From positions 124,001 to 188,000 of the forward strand of contig RHPI01000638.1 in assembly GCA_009103225.1 (NCBI GenBank): a stretch of DNA of 64,000 nucleotides, given 5' to 3'. A program made the translations under genes and the position numbers. Origin of the DNA: Chlorokybus atmophyticus (lineage: Eukaryota; Plantae; Mesostigma and Chlorokybus algae). This document shows, piece by piece, positions 9,496 to 21,828 of the stretch. Below the pieces are notes generated by a model. The model saw only the letters and a program-made list of their open reading frames with translations, ran no database searches and was not told the origin of the DNA. The first letter of the stretch is position 1; every line of letters begins with the position of its first letter.

Positions 9496-12400
9496 TCAGA
9501 GTAGTGAGACAAGTACATGTGCCACGTGGAAGTGCAGTGAACGTCCACCCAATACTTGCCCTCTTGTACACGGGCGCGTGTCCTTGTCAAACATGGGGAG
9601 CAGCTGGACAGTGCCTTTTACTTGCTCTAGAGTCACGACATCGAGATGTGGACCGCCTCGACGCTTTTCCCATTGCAGAGCGATGCACTTTGTGTCGCTC
9701 GTCACACCCAGCTTTGTGTACCAGCGGACAAACACGACCTCCTTCCACACGCGCTCGCCTCTACCACCCCACACCACAATGCGCAGAAAAAGGAGTGCCT
9801 GAGCCCACCACGTCACGTTCACACCGACCTCATCACCTTCCAACTCAAGTGTAGAGAACCAAGGCCGCCCATGGAACATCCCAGTTGCGCGCGCCATGCT
9901 GATTCCTGATGTCATGTACAACGCTGCGCCTCCGTTCACCACGCGAACAGCACGCCACCCGTCGGCCAACTCCAGTTGTTCCCTCCTCAACCAGCTGTCC
10001 AGGGTGGCAGGCAGCTTGTCGGCAAATGGAGTCTTCAAGGCGACTTGGCGGCTACGCGCAGATCCGCTCCAGTACGGGCTGGACTCCCTCCTTGTCAGCA
10101 CATCCATCCGTAGCAACTTGTCCGTCTTCTCCATGACATTACAGCACTGCTGCCGCGCCTGTACCATGACCGCGCGCATCTCCGGATCCACGACCATGCC
10201 ATCCTCTCTCACATATTCCGCACAGCTCCATGCCTTTAGGATACGTGCCTGGTAGTCCCGGTTGTTGCCACCACGCGCCCATCGTTTGATATTTTGGGCG
10301 TGCGTCTGCTCCATGCGGTTGGCGCTGAACCAATCTGGGTGTCCACTGCTGACAATTGCCGGCCCAAAATGAGTGAGCCGATGCATCTTCTCGATCTTCC
10401 AACCTAACTTCTGTGCAGAATGTGACGACAGTAGCGGATGCAACACTGCAGCTTTGAAGGCAGCCATCTCGTTGTCGGCTGTGGTCAGGGTCTCTCTTGT
10501 GTGTTCATGCGCCTTGAGCAACTTCTTGTTCCACTGGGCAAGCGATGCGGCAGCAATGGTGAAGAAATCGTTGCCCTCACTGTCGAGCAGCAAACCGTCT
10601 GCGAGGACCGGCAGCAGCTGCAGCACCGCCACTTTCTCCACCACCTGAAAGGAGTGGTCGGACAGGAAGAAATCTACTGTGCTTGTGGGTGCCTTGAAGT
10701 GCGAAACCCGCAGAGTCGCCTNTCAGCCTGTGCACATCTGCTGTGAGCACGTGTCGTTGGCTTTTGTGTTCAACACCAAAGACGTGCCTGGCCTGCAGAA
10801 TCTGTCTCGTAGATGGACGCATTCGTTCCTTCGCGGCGTCGTACACAGCAGCAAGCAGGTGGTCAATGATGCCTCCCAGCACATGCATTGCGTCAGGGGC
10901 AAGACGAGAGTAGCAGTCAGCTCCCGGCACCCGCGACTGTCGCCAACCCCACAGTGCATTCTGTTGCCAAACCACATTGCCTGGTTTCACGGAAAGCCAT
11001 TCATCCTCACGAATGCCGATAATTTGACCATTACCTCCTCAACATGCATGGAGTGCTGCTCTTTGAAAGCCTTGGCTGCCTGGCGTGCATTCCTAACACC
11101 GCTATGCAGGTCCGCCTGCAGCTGACGTATTGCTGGTGTGTAGAAGGCCTCGGTTCCCAATTCCCGATCCTCATCCATCTCCAACAGATCTGATTTGGTG
11201 ACGAGACAAACATTGCAAGGATGTCGTGTTTGGTTGCCCGACACAGTGCGTGCGAGTGTGGCAGTCTCCTACAACACAACAAACTCAGATGTTCTACTGA
11301 CAACATCCTCCATGCACTGTTTGCTGGCAGGCTGCATCCGGTTACAACCATTCATGCCCACTACCTGCAAATCGCTGATGTAGTTGGCAAGCGCGGGAAA
11401 CACACGACGCTCGATGCCATTCGGGTCGATGAGCTGCAGACCTTCTCAACTCGCCCGCTTCACATCCCCTAACACTACATTCAAAGCGTCGTGAAAAATC
11501 TCACATTTCCGAATGGAGATCGATTCCTTGCCCTGCGCCCAGGTGGGATGCCCGGCCACTGCGTGAACCACCGGCAGAAGCGCTATCATAACAACCCCCA
11601 TGTTGCTAGCATACATGTCCCAACTGTAGTTGGCAAGCGATGCCATCAGAGGGTAGCCAGAGCGCTTGCCCGCGCTGTCCAGCGTGGTCTTGTCACTGTA
11701 CGGAATGGCAGGCGCTAAGTAGGACGCTTCCCCCACCTCTCTCCTCAAATCCACCTCCACATCCTTCCACCAATCACCCGTGGAAGGATGGCCAAAGCTG
11801 TGCTCGTCACCACTGTACTGGAGATTGAAGCCATTGGCGGCATGTGGATTGCCATACAACCGCGCGAGCCATACCTGCTCCGACCAAGAGCATTACTTAC
11901 TATGCTGGCCTCAGAATAGATACTGCATCGATACTGCATTAGGTACTGCATTTCACAGACCTTGGCCGGCATATATGTGACGCAGATGTCCTGATCCTCA
12001 GGGTCTCCAGGCTTGCGCAGGTCAGCCGTCACGTAGTTCTGATACGGCAGCACACTCGCATGTGCATATGTGACATGGCTCTGATGGTTGAAGCACATGC
12101 ACCGCACACCGTGAACACACCTCAGACTGAGAGAAAGCAATCGTGGTCCGGAGGTAGCTGGCCGCATGCACACCGGTCTCCCACTGGAGCTCTTCCGTCA
12201 GGAAGTGTGCATTTCGGATGCACTTGATGATCCGCCCCATGTCGGAGGCCGACAGGCCTTGGCCGTTGTTGCACTGCACGAATGCCACTGCAAGAGCATG
12301 CTCCGAGCCATACCACCTGGATTTCATCGCGTGCGAAGGGACGCCTCCACTTCCATGTTGGCGTGCCACAGGTTTCTCAGGCACACGCACACATCAAAAG

Positions 12401-12645
12401 CCCTCGTTCACTTCCTCCTCCTCCTGTTGCTGCTGTGCGTGTGTCTCCTGGAGGAATCCTTCAGCATCAAGCATGTGCGCATCCTGAATCGAACTCCCGG
12501 GTTTAACATGACCCGCATCGTACTGTAATGGACGCTGGCCGACATACAGCTTGATCTGCTTGCACACCCTGCTGCTAATAATGTGCATGTAGACCGAGCT
12601 GCGTGTGGCAAAGCGCATGTGGCAATACGGACAAAGGACTCCCAT
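9496..12645 (-). mobile_element. Plavaka-family DDE transposase gene (spliced, inactivated)
   Basis: N-terminal C2H2-like finger (CPYC...H...C). Hallmark blocks: HPSTGDWW, LAPAIPYSDKTTLD.GKRSGYPLMASLAN, DPNGIERRVFPALANYISDLQE, HPCNVCLV, APDAMH..GIIDHL, KIEKMHRLTHF...G....FSANRMEQTH, and C-terminal WFSTLEL...VFVRWY...VQLLPMF. In-frame TGA at 12394 and 11446. Confidence 0.9.
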
Positions 12646-12789
12646 ATTTCACTACTAACGTCAACACAGGTGTCGCCAATGTAACCTGCATCATATCCAG
12701 CAACACGCACACCCGCCGCCGCCGCCACCGCTACCGCCACCGCTACCCTTGCATGCCAGGTGTGGGAAACTTGGCCGCCATTCACTAAC

Positions 12790-13000
12790 TCCGTCGTACA
12801 TTATTATGGTACGATCGAGCCATTACACGTCCAGAGTGAGTCTCTGGAAATAAATAAATATATATATATATATATATCCTGATTGAACCGTTTCAACGGT
12901 ACGAAGATGCCTTTGCCAAAGGTACCATTGAAATGGTGCCTTTGCTAAAGGTACCATTTGGTACCTTTGTACAGTGGCAATGGCAGTTCGTACCATTGAC
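12790..13000. promoter_or_regulatory. Second GTAC/TCGTACCAT-like motif cluster with an embedded (TA)n run
   Basis: Eight GTAC cores in ~200 bp (tcgtacattattatggtacga, aaaggtaccatt twice, tcgtaccatt); hairpin ccagag-tgagt-ctctgg; TA run at ~12859-12877. Confidence 0.65.
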
Positions 13001-13157
13001 AACTCTAGCACTGTCAGTCCCCCTGCGCACGAAAACACCATTGATAGCTCCGCCAAGCTATGCCCTTACAAGGGCGTGATGCCGAGGGTATGTGGCGTTT
13101 GGAGGATCGTTGGCGGCGCTGCCTGGGGCGTAGTGGGCATTGTGGTCGAGGTCCGGG

Positions 13158-13975
13158 ATGAATTCTCTGTTCGTACAGGGCGGGCAGGGTGCCGGAGGGG
13201 TGTCCTCGGTGTCAAACCCCACCATGCCTACCAAGGGCACAGCCAATGACAACAGTGACTCGGGCGATATCTTACAGGGCTCCCCCTCCGAGTGGGCAAA
13301 GGCACACCACAATACTGCCTCTAAGAAAATCCGACCCACCAGCAGCTGCGACCACGGCGACATGATTGAAGGGACCAAACAAGACTGGCATAACCAAGGT
13401 GGGTTACGATGCACTGTCAATGCCACATGCTAGGGTTCTTTTATCTTGCACATGCACAGCCTCAAGTATCTTGCACTTGACATACACTGTCAATAACACA
13501 TGCACACCCTCATGCACAACCTCTAGTGTCATGCACATGAGCAGCATGACCAATCTCGCAAATGCACAGCCTATTTCTACTTGCGGGAGCTCACAAGTCG
13601 CAAAAGAGAAGCTGCGGAGTACCACGAACGGGTAATCCATGACCTAGTTTAAATGTTTCCAGCGGTAATTAAGCAGTATGCTTGCAGATTGCCATATTGG
13701 TCAGAGTGAACCGAGAGCAGTGCGGCAGGCTGACTGTCTGCCTGGTGGAGTGCAACAAAGCGGAAGACGAGGTAAACATGTGTATGCTGATGGGCTAGTC
13801 CTCAGTTATCGTAACGCCACTCTTACAGCATTACCAAATGCAGGTGGTCACTCTAAAAGCGACCATCAAGCGCATGCGCGTGCACGGCGAGTCGCTGGCA
13901 TTCAAGCTGAAGGACGAAGTAGCCGCTGTACTGTCAGCGAGCGAGGCAGCGGATGAAGATGACTCCGGCGTTTAA
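13158..13975 (+). CDS. Hypothetical protein, 4 exons, coiled-coil-like C-terminus
   Basis: Phase-consistent GT-AG exons: MNSLFVQGG...WHNQ / VAKEKLRSTTNG / VNREQCGRL...KAEDE / VVTLKATIKRM...DEDDSGV*. Confidence 0.5.
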
Positions 13976-14781
13976 GCAGAAGACTTGTCGGAGGAGGAAC
14001 AGGAGGAGGGGGTTTGAGGAGGAGTTCTGAGGCAGGCACCACGGGTTGACAAGCTGCGCATGAGTCCGACAGCTAGACTCAATGTTATAGAGTAGTTTCA
14101 TGCGCAAGTCGGCTGCTCAGTTGCAAGTGGACATACTCTCACCACTGCCGGTACATTGTATATATTATATTGTGGGCTTATAGGTGCAAGACTAAACAAT
14201 CAGTAAAAGGTTTATACAAGCTGCATGGCATGTTAGTGATGGCTTACGGCAAGAATTGCCAACTTTTGTCAAATGGCAAGGGTCACATATTAACAGCAGT
14301 GTAACGGCAAAGAAACTGCCGGCTATTGCTATCAGCTGTCCGTAACTACCAGCTAACGGCCATCTGTGCACATCGACCAAAGGGTAACTGGTTGACAACT
14401 CTCGGCCGGTTAGTGCCACTGACAACCACTTTCGGCCCGCGGCCGTTTGCGTCAGTCCATTTAAGCCAACGGCAAACCCAACAGTCCACAAGTTATATTT
14501 CATGCAGCGACAGGCAGGCTCAGGCACAAGTCAGTCCCTCAGTCCTTAGTCAGTCACCGTGTAAAATTTGCGACGTCAACTTACCTTCAGCCTCCTTTCC
14601 GCGCCTTCTTTCGAGCCGTCCTGCCAAACTGTCTTCTTTGGACGGTTGCGCCACTTTCGTTCCTCCATCACGAACTCCTTCTTCGCCAAGTACTCTGTTG
14701 CTGCTGCTGCCAAGACGAAGCCGGCTGCGCCATCGCTGAAGCGCTAGCTGAGCGACAACGAGGATGTGTAAGATTTGACAG

Positions 14782-15996
14782 ATGAGATTCAAAAAGGAGT
14801 CCTTCCTGCCGTCTGAGAATGAGAGCCCCAAGCAAGCGCGTAAGCCGGCTCAGAAGCGAGTAAAGGCCAGCAAGGGTGCTGCAGCCAAGGGTCAGGGAAG
14901 TGGCAGCACCGGGAGCTTGGGGAAGCAGCTTTCAGCACTGCAGGTGGGTAATGTGCTTAGAGAAAGCTGACTTGCATGCGACGATGTGGTAGCTAGCTGC
15001 AGTGCCATGCTTTGTGCTCTGCTTCGCCACGCTAAGCAATGCTCTTCTCCTTCCTTCGCTTCTATGCTATGGTTTACAAGTAAGCAATAGTGAAGCTGTT
15101 GGCTTGTGTTGGTTGCTGTGACCGCATCGTATGACCGTGTTCTGCTTTGTGCTGTGACTGACTACTTGCTGCGGATGACATGAAATCTTCACCGATCACT
15201 TGTAATACACCACCTTTTTGTGTCGCAGTCCTGGCAGCTAGTCAATCTCCTCGTTGAAGTGGCGCAAAGGCACCCTTAGCTGACGCCGGAGCTGCTGAAG
15301 GAGGTGCCACGGCTGGACCTGTCGGACACAATCGATGAGCTCAATCAGCTCCAGCGCAACATCACCAAAGCCCTCCCGCGCTACGGCAGCGGCAATGCCT
15401 TCTCCTATCGCCGCTGCAGCGTACATATCCAAGAGCTCCAAGAGGTCGACATGCATTGTGTTATTGCGCTTGTAATGATGTTATGCAATACTACAACCTG
15501 TCATGCTCATGCGCACGGCCTTTGTCCTGTATACCGCCTCTGACCATGTGTCATGCGTGCGTGCCGCTGCAACAAAGCAGTTGTGCTTGTCGGTGCGAAC
15601 CCTGCACACATGTGTGGGCATTTACCACCGTGCTGTGGTCGCTGGATTTCAACTCCAACAACATCTCTTTTCAGAAAGCCTGGCCAAGGGCACCGCGTTG
15701 ACGGGCGCCGAGTCATGGTCAACTGCACTCGACTACATCGTGCAAGCCGCTGCGGTAGCCAAGTCCGCTGAGGACTGGGATGCGCCAGAGCACAACAAGC
15801 CTAAGGCGCTCACCGTAAAGGCCTTGGACAGGATGGGCAAGAGGGCGGGCAACAAGGCGCCGCATCGTTTCAGAAGGCCGAGGTTGAGGAATGGATCGGG
15901 GGCCACATCGTTCCAGAAGGCCTGGAACAGTACAAATCATCATTCCCGTCCAGCTTGGCAGAGCTGCAGAAAGTAGCCAAGAAGTGCAAAGCTTGA
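14782..15996 (+). pseudogene. Cut8/Sts1-like (nuclear proteasome tether) gene with an in-frame TAG
   Basis: Basic N-terminus, then LLVEVAQRHP*LTPELLKEVPRLDLSDTIDELNQLQRNITKALPRYGSGNAFSYRRCSVHIQEL and WSTALDYIVQA...DWDAPEHNK. This resembles remembered Cut8-family blocks (RHP..., DYAYNRVR.HL, W...L.Y...LP.WD...HN). TAG at 15277-15279; one splice junction is not cleanly resolved. Confidence 0.5.
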
Positions 15997-16299
15997 GCCC
16001 GGGTCACATAACGAACGCTTGTACATAGGTGTTTACCAGCTGGTTTACATAGTCTTTTCACTGACAATGGTGGTATATGTGCGTGGCATCATGTATGCGA
16101 GGCAGCAAGTCTGCAGTCGAAGTCATGGATGGCTTTAGTTGTCACTCTCTTCTCTCAAGATAGCAGCATTTGATGCGCACTCTAAGCAAGTGTTTGCTAC
16201 GAAGATACAACCCGCAATCATAATGCCATTGCGTTCACAGCTTTCGGTAAGACTGAGCATGCAACACAAGGTTAGCTAGGCAAGAATGTCTGCCACAAG

Positions 16300-17891
16300 A
16301 CTTGCACTGGTTTTTGCTTGTTTTGCGCCCAGCAAGGTGATATCCTGCACGACAGAGTTGCTTAGCAACTGCCGCCAGGTTTTAGGTCAAACTGTTAGGA
16401 GTTGCTTATCAAGCATGAATGGCCATACCTGATCTTCAAGAATGGCCCGTACACCTGTCCATCAACCAGTATAGGAAACGGCTCCCGGGCCTCAACAAGC
16501 ATCTCTTGGACATGCGCACAGGATGCTGTTGCCAACAGGTCCTCCAATGTTCGCTGATGCTTTCTTGATTTCTACATGGAAGCACGTGACATCAGGAGCG
16601 TGAGTACGTGACATAAGTATACTGCCTATTTGTTGTCAACACCAAGCAAACATGTACGACTAGCTGCAACCAAGCAGCATGCAGCACAACATGAGCAGCA
16701 GCGACTGTCTGACCGGGTCATATGCAGCAAACTGTCCCTCCAGCCAAGTACATCCAGGAGTCACCCAGTTGGCGCTTTGTTCCTTCTCAGGGATGTTGTT
16801 GAGTGTCACTGAAGACCATGCTTTGGGTTGCAGTGGCAAGGAAGACGATATGACCGCACCTGTCATGTCCACCTGTGCACAAATGGGACAGTTTCACCTG
16901 GTCACATTTTCAGGCCACTCCAGCGACGTACACGAAGCCGCACTCCATGTTGTTGACTTGATGCACTTGAGGTCGTGTATACTTACAGTGGTGACGGTAA
17001 CGGATGCATCCAGCTTGTAGCTTTGTATCATAGGCGCCATTGCACTGAGCTTTGCCGCTGGGTGATTGCGATGCGGGTCAATTCTTGGGATTGCAGCATA
17101 GAACTGTAAGCCTGTTCTATGGTTAGCGTGATGGCTCGCGGCTGCAGCTTCCATACCGAAGCTCAGACTTTCATGGAACGCGATGTCGCATTTGTTTAGG
17201 GTCTTTCCCTCTTTGAACCAGCCTTCACACCTGAAGAGTGTTACTGGCACCACCTCCTGCAGTGTGATCGGTATGAGGCGCACTGCACTTGTTGCAATTG
17301 TGTTGAACAACGCTGTGATTAACTACCATAGCTGCCAGCAGATAGTGCTGCAGGCTGTCTTGAAGCACCCTTGCAGGTGCCGTGTCGGATAGCGCAGGCT
17401 GCTCGCGGGTCTGCTCTTCAGCTTCAGGCGCGTGGCCACGCAATAGAGAGGAAAGACGGCGCCGGATACCTGTTGCGAGGTGCTTCAGCTTTTGCACATG
17501 ACGAGCAGGGAGTGCCTTGCAAGCTGGTGAAAGGCCTCACCCCCTGAGTGCTGGGGCGCTTCTGGATTTGCAGCGCTGCAACACAACAACAGGGAGGTGA
17601 AACAGAGCAGTTACTTCTGCCAGGGCCATAAGGCTGTGCTGCTACGCACTCTTTGCTTACTGAGGGAAGAGAACAGACACCCTTTTGGTAGTGGACTGTC
17701 GTTGCACAAGCAGGGAGCGTCTGGATTGTCCTGAAAGGATGAGCGCTGGAGAGGCTCGCCTTGAGTGGGAGATTGACGACCGGGGTTGGAGAATGGAAGA
17801 CTTGCGGTGAAACATTGCGGCGATGGATGATGTACGCTGTCTTGCAGGCTGCATGATTGCAGAAGCAGATGAAGCATACCGTCAGAACACA

Positions 17892-17943
<52 letters not shown>

Positions 17944-20900
17944 ATATATATATGTATATATATCTGGTTCTTGGGCAAAACTGCGGTCAAACTTTGACGC
18001 AACCACCACTACCCAAGCCATGCAGCACGCATGTCAGTGAGGGCAGCAAACACCTTGTGACCTATGCATGTCAATGGGATAGAACAAACTGCTTGTGATG
18101 TGAGCATGGGACGGGCAATGACAGTTGCATAGGCGTGCCCCATCTCACACACGACCAATCTTTACTATCAATTGCGTGCAGATACCTCTTTGTCGTGACT
18201 AAGGTATGGCACAAAAGGCAGTGGGTCCAGGTGCGCGTTGCACATGAGCGACCAGTAGCCATCTCGCGCAGCGAGGTATTGCGACAGGGACTTGAGTTGG
18301 GCAGGTTTTGTTGGCATCAGGTAGAAGTGCAAGTCTGCAAGGCGCGACAGTGTCATGCCTGCAGTTGAAGCACATAGCCAGTCAGTTATGCTTACCAATC
18401 TGTGACAGAAGCTCTTGACATGGCTTGTCGTCGATCAACTCTGTCGAGTGCAGCAGTTTTACGTAACCGTTCACAAAATGGTGCAAGAGTCCGCGCCCTC
18501 CATGCACAAGGACTCGTACACAGTGCTTGGCATCAGCAGTGGAGGTGCTGACAACCCTGCATGAAGGACAGTCGCTAATTATCTCGTAGCATAATAAGCA
18601 TCAAACTCACTACAACAGCCGACAAAAAGCCCGATCAGCTCCTGACTGCCTCACCACAGAGAATGCAACAGCTGCATGAGGCCTACCTGAAGTCTTGATT
18701 GCACCTGTGCAGTATGTCTTTGAGACCTTCTGCGGCTCCCGTCTCCGGATAGTGTTCTGCTTCATCAAGCTGGCTTCCGGTCAAGGTTTCTGAGGTGCTT
18801 GTCACCTTCTCGACAGAAGGAATCCATTCAAATGCGCAGTCCATGGCCTCGATCATCATCCTTTTTGTACCGGCCACAGCGGGTGGCTGTTTTGTGGGTG
18901 CACTGCGGCGCGTCTGTTTCATGTACAACACATGAAGCGTATGCGCATTGAGAGTGATAGACTCCAGAGGCACACCTGTGGAGTACTGGGCATTGAACTG
19001 TCGTCGTCCATGCGTATTGGGTGACTTACAGGAAATGAAGCTCCCACCTGTGCCGGAGTGCAGTTAATGTCAACATGTGCCAGGTAAGCTACTATCAGTT
19101 ACTGGATAATCCATGGTAGTGCTACAGGTGTGTAACTGCTGCAGCATACCTGCTGCAGAGCTCCCCACGCAACATTCATCCCAAGATGGGGTTCGACGGT
19201 CTGGTTCTTAGCAGCGTCATTTGCATCGTTTGTGGCGTTACCTGCATAAACCAGCCATTGCGCTTCAGCAGCAACGTGACCAGGTGGTTCATGCACGACG
19301 TGATGCGCACATTACAGGTGGCCAAGCTGAGGATGCTGAACAACTGAGTATCTCTCTTTGCTGGTAATATTACCAGCTAATAGTACTGCAGATTCGTAGA
19401 TGCCATCCAATACGTCCGGATGGAGGCCAGTCATTCGTTCACGGGTGGTTTCGGTCACGTCAAACCCAGCTGCCACAAACATGGACGCAAGTACAGAGGT
19501 GCGTCTTTCTGCACGGACTGCGATGTCCATCTTACCTTGCTGCCTGCAAAGTCAGTGGTTACACAGTCGATACCTGCGTTGTCCTTGTTTATGAGCTATG
19601 TGACATCTATTTCACACAATAACAACTTTTCAGGCAAAAACAAGTGCATGGAGAGCGGACTGTCGGATACAAGACAAACACACAACATGCGGCGTAAAAC
19701 TGTGTGCAGCAGTGGTATGTGTATGTGTGCACCTACCTTCCCTCAATGTCGCACTCTACAGCTCCTAGCATCGCCTTCAGCCAGCACGCTTGCGGCAACT
19801 CAGGGTCACACAGCAAGTACACTGTCTGCTCATGTTTACCTCCTGCAAACGCTGCATTGGCTTGGTGCAGCGCAGCACCTGAACTTGGGCTGATCAGTTT
19901 GGCATTCTGCTGGTTGTGTACATGAACAAGCTTGCTACCGCACCTGGTTGTTGCAGCTCGCTTAACAAGATGGCCATAACGCGGCCAGCATGTTGGCCGA
20001 GAGGATTTGGTGCTTGGTAGTAGGTGGACGCAACAAGGTCTATAGCAGCTGTGAGTACATCTTTCTCTAACACTGTCTGCGCAAGATGTCCAGTGTTCCG
20101 GGACACATGACACCAACGGTAAGAAGAGTAACGCGCTGCTGTGAACAAGGACAAGAGATACAACGTGCGTACCACTGCCAGTAGCTGCTGCAGAAGGTGC
20201 AGACAGCAAGCAGTTTTTCCGACGTGCAACTCAGGACCCTGACTCTCCCGCAAGTTTGCCAGAACAGCGTTCATCGCTGCTGCCGCACATCTTGCTGTTT
20301 CTGCAGCGCGCACAAGCACCCACTGCTGCAACAGCATGGCACCTGCACATGCCAAGCTAGTATGCAAGACTGCCCCCAGTATGCAGTGATCTGGAAGAGA
20401 ACAGTTTATGAAATCACTTCCACCTTACCGATCTGTGCATGCTTGTCCTCCGCCACCATGGTGCGGACCAGAATGTGGACTGCATGAGACACTCGTTCAA
20501 CGACTGTGCAGTCAGCAGCGGCCTTAACCATACGCACCACCTGCATTGCACGCTCAAGTCATGTTTTGATGAACTTTCCAAGTTGCGCATCAAGCATGCA
20601 GCTTTACTCTGGTTGCTAGGTTGTGTCTTTACCTCAGCTGCCCAATCTTGGCGTTTGCTGCTGATGTTGGCAGCTGCAGCAGCTTGCAGCGTTTGAGAGG
20701 TGGCGTTGCAACCTTTGAGTAGCAGAAGCAACAGTACTGTGTTGGCAACAGCCCGCCTGGTCTGCACATGGACGTTTATTGACCAGCGTGGCAGCCACAC
20801 ACCCACATAGTCAGCAGCAACAGCGCCTCTCACCTGCGAGGTTACTGCTTGCGAATGCTGCACTGCACTGGCTGCTGCAGCAGAGTCCTCCTCTCTTAGC

Positions 20901-21363
20901 CGCCACAGCAGCTCCTCTACCGTTACACCAAAAAAACGTCACTTTAGCAAGACATAAAACACGCAACCAGTCGCCAAGATGTTTGACAAGCACACAACCT
21001 GTAGTAGTACTCAAAGGTCACCTGCGTAGCTGGTACTTGCTGCGCCAGCTCCAGCCCATAACCTTACCATCTCAGCTTCATTGACCAACTGCGAGCCTGC
21101 ACAGCGTACGCTTTGGATTGACTGCAAGATGTTCTGCCGTATTGCACAGGTACACGCAATCGGCTATGAGAGTCGTACATGTACGCACTGCAGCTTTACT
21201 GCTTGTGATGACCTCTTGACAAATGACAAACATCCTAGATCAAGCAACATTCACGCAGTTACATGCATGCAGTCTGGTTCATTTCACAAGGCACTGCACC
21301 ATCTGGCTCAAACAGTGGATTCGTCATTGCTTTGAAGCTTTCTGCGACAGCAGCCGAAGCCAT
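16300..21363 (-). CDS. Large multi-exon hypothetical protein (helical/ARM-like; unidentified; 3' end approximate)
   Basis: Start MASAAVAESFKAMTNPLFEPD at 21363. Successive GT-AG exons include EELLWRLREEDS, TRRAVANTVLLLLLLKG, VVRMVKAAADC, GAMLLQQWVLVRAAE...LSELQQPG, MDIAVRAERRTSVLASMF and PLESITLNAHTLHVLY. Confidence 0.5.
17892..17961. repeat. (TA)n microsatellite, intronic
   Basis: Direct TA run with a few TG interruptions. Confidence 0.95.
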
Positions 21364-21828
21364 GCTGGTCAGCTTCTGAACAGCCCAGCTGCCTTATTCT
21401 ATTCAACGCTTTGTCCAGCGTCTTTTATGAGACACCCCTGGCACACGTGCTCTTACAGTGAAACCAGCTCCCGCTGCCAAGCCAGGCCAGGCCAGACCAG
21501 ACCAGGCCAGACTAGGAGCACTGCCAATGCATGCTGCTGCCCGGCCTTCCAACTTGAAACGTTATTGAGGACGACCGCATCCTTGTTTCAAGCTCTTGCT
21601 CTATTCGCGAGCTTAGCTATAACTTGCATTGTTGTCAGGCATTCGATATGAGGGTATCCGTTTCGGAACTTCTGCGGTTTTATACGGCGTCTTTTCGCGT
21701 CTCGAGTTTTTCGCAGCACGGATCCAGCGATCCCGATCAGTCCGGCAGCAAACCGTGGGGATCGACCGACTCGCTCTCAACTCTTCCACGTGGCAGTGTT
21801 ACATGAAGCGACGGCGGCGGTGTGGCAG

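Noticed and set aside
2877-15279. Possible TAG/TAA=Gln genetic code, since in-frame TAGs fall at Gln-plausible positions (e.g. RHP*LTPE)
   Set aside because: The intact host genes PFAS, CFA synthase, the desaturase and the 54.8-kb gene end in TAG, their exons contain no internal TAR, and in-frame TGAs also occur in the island. Decay explains the pattern better.
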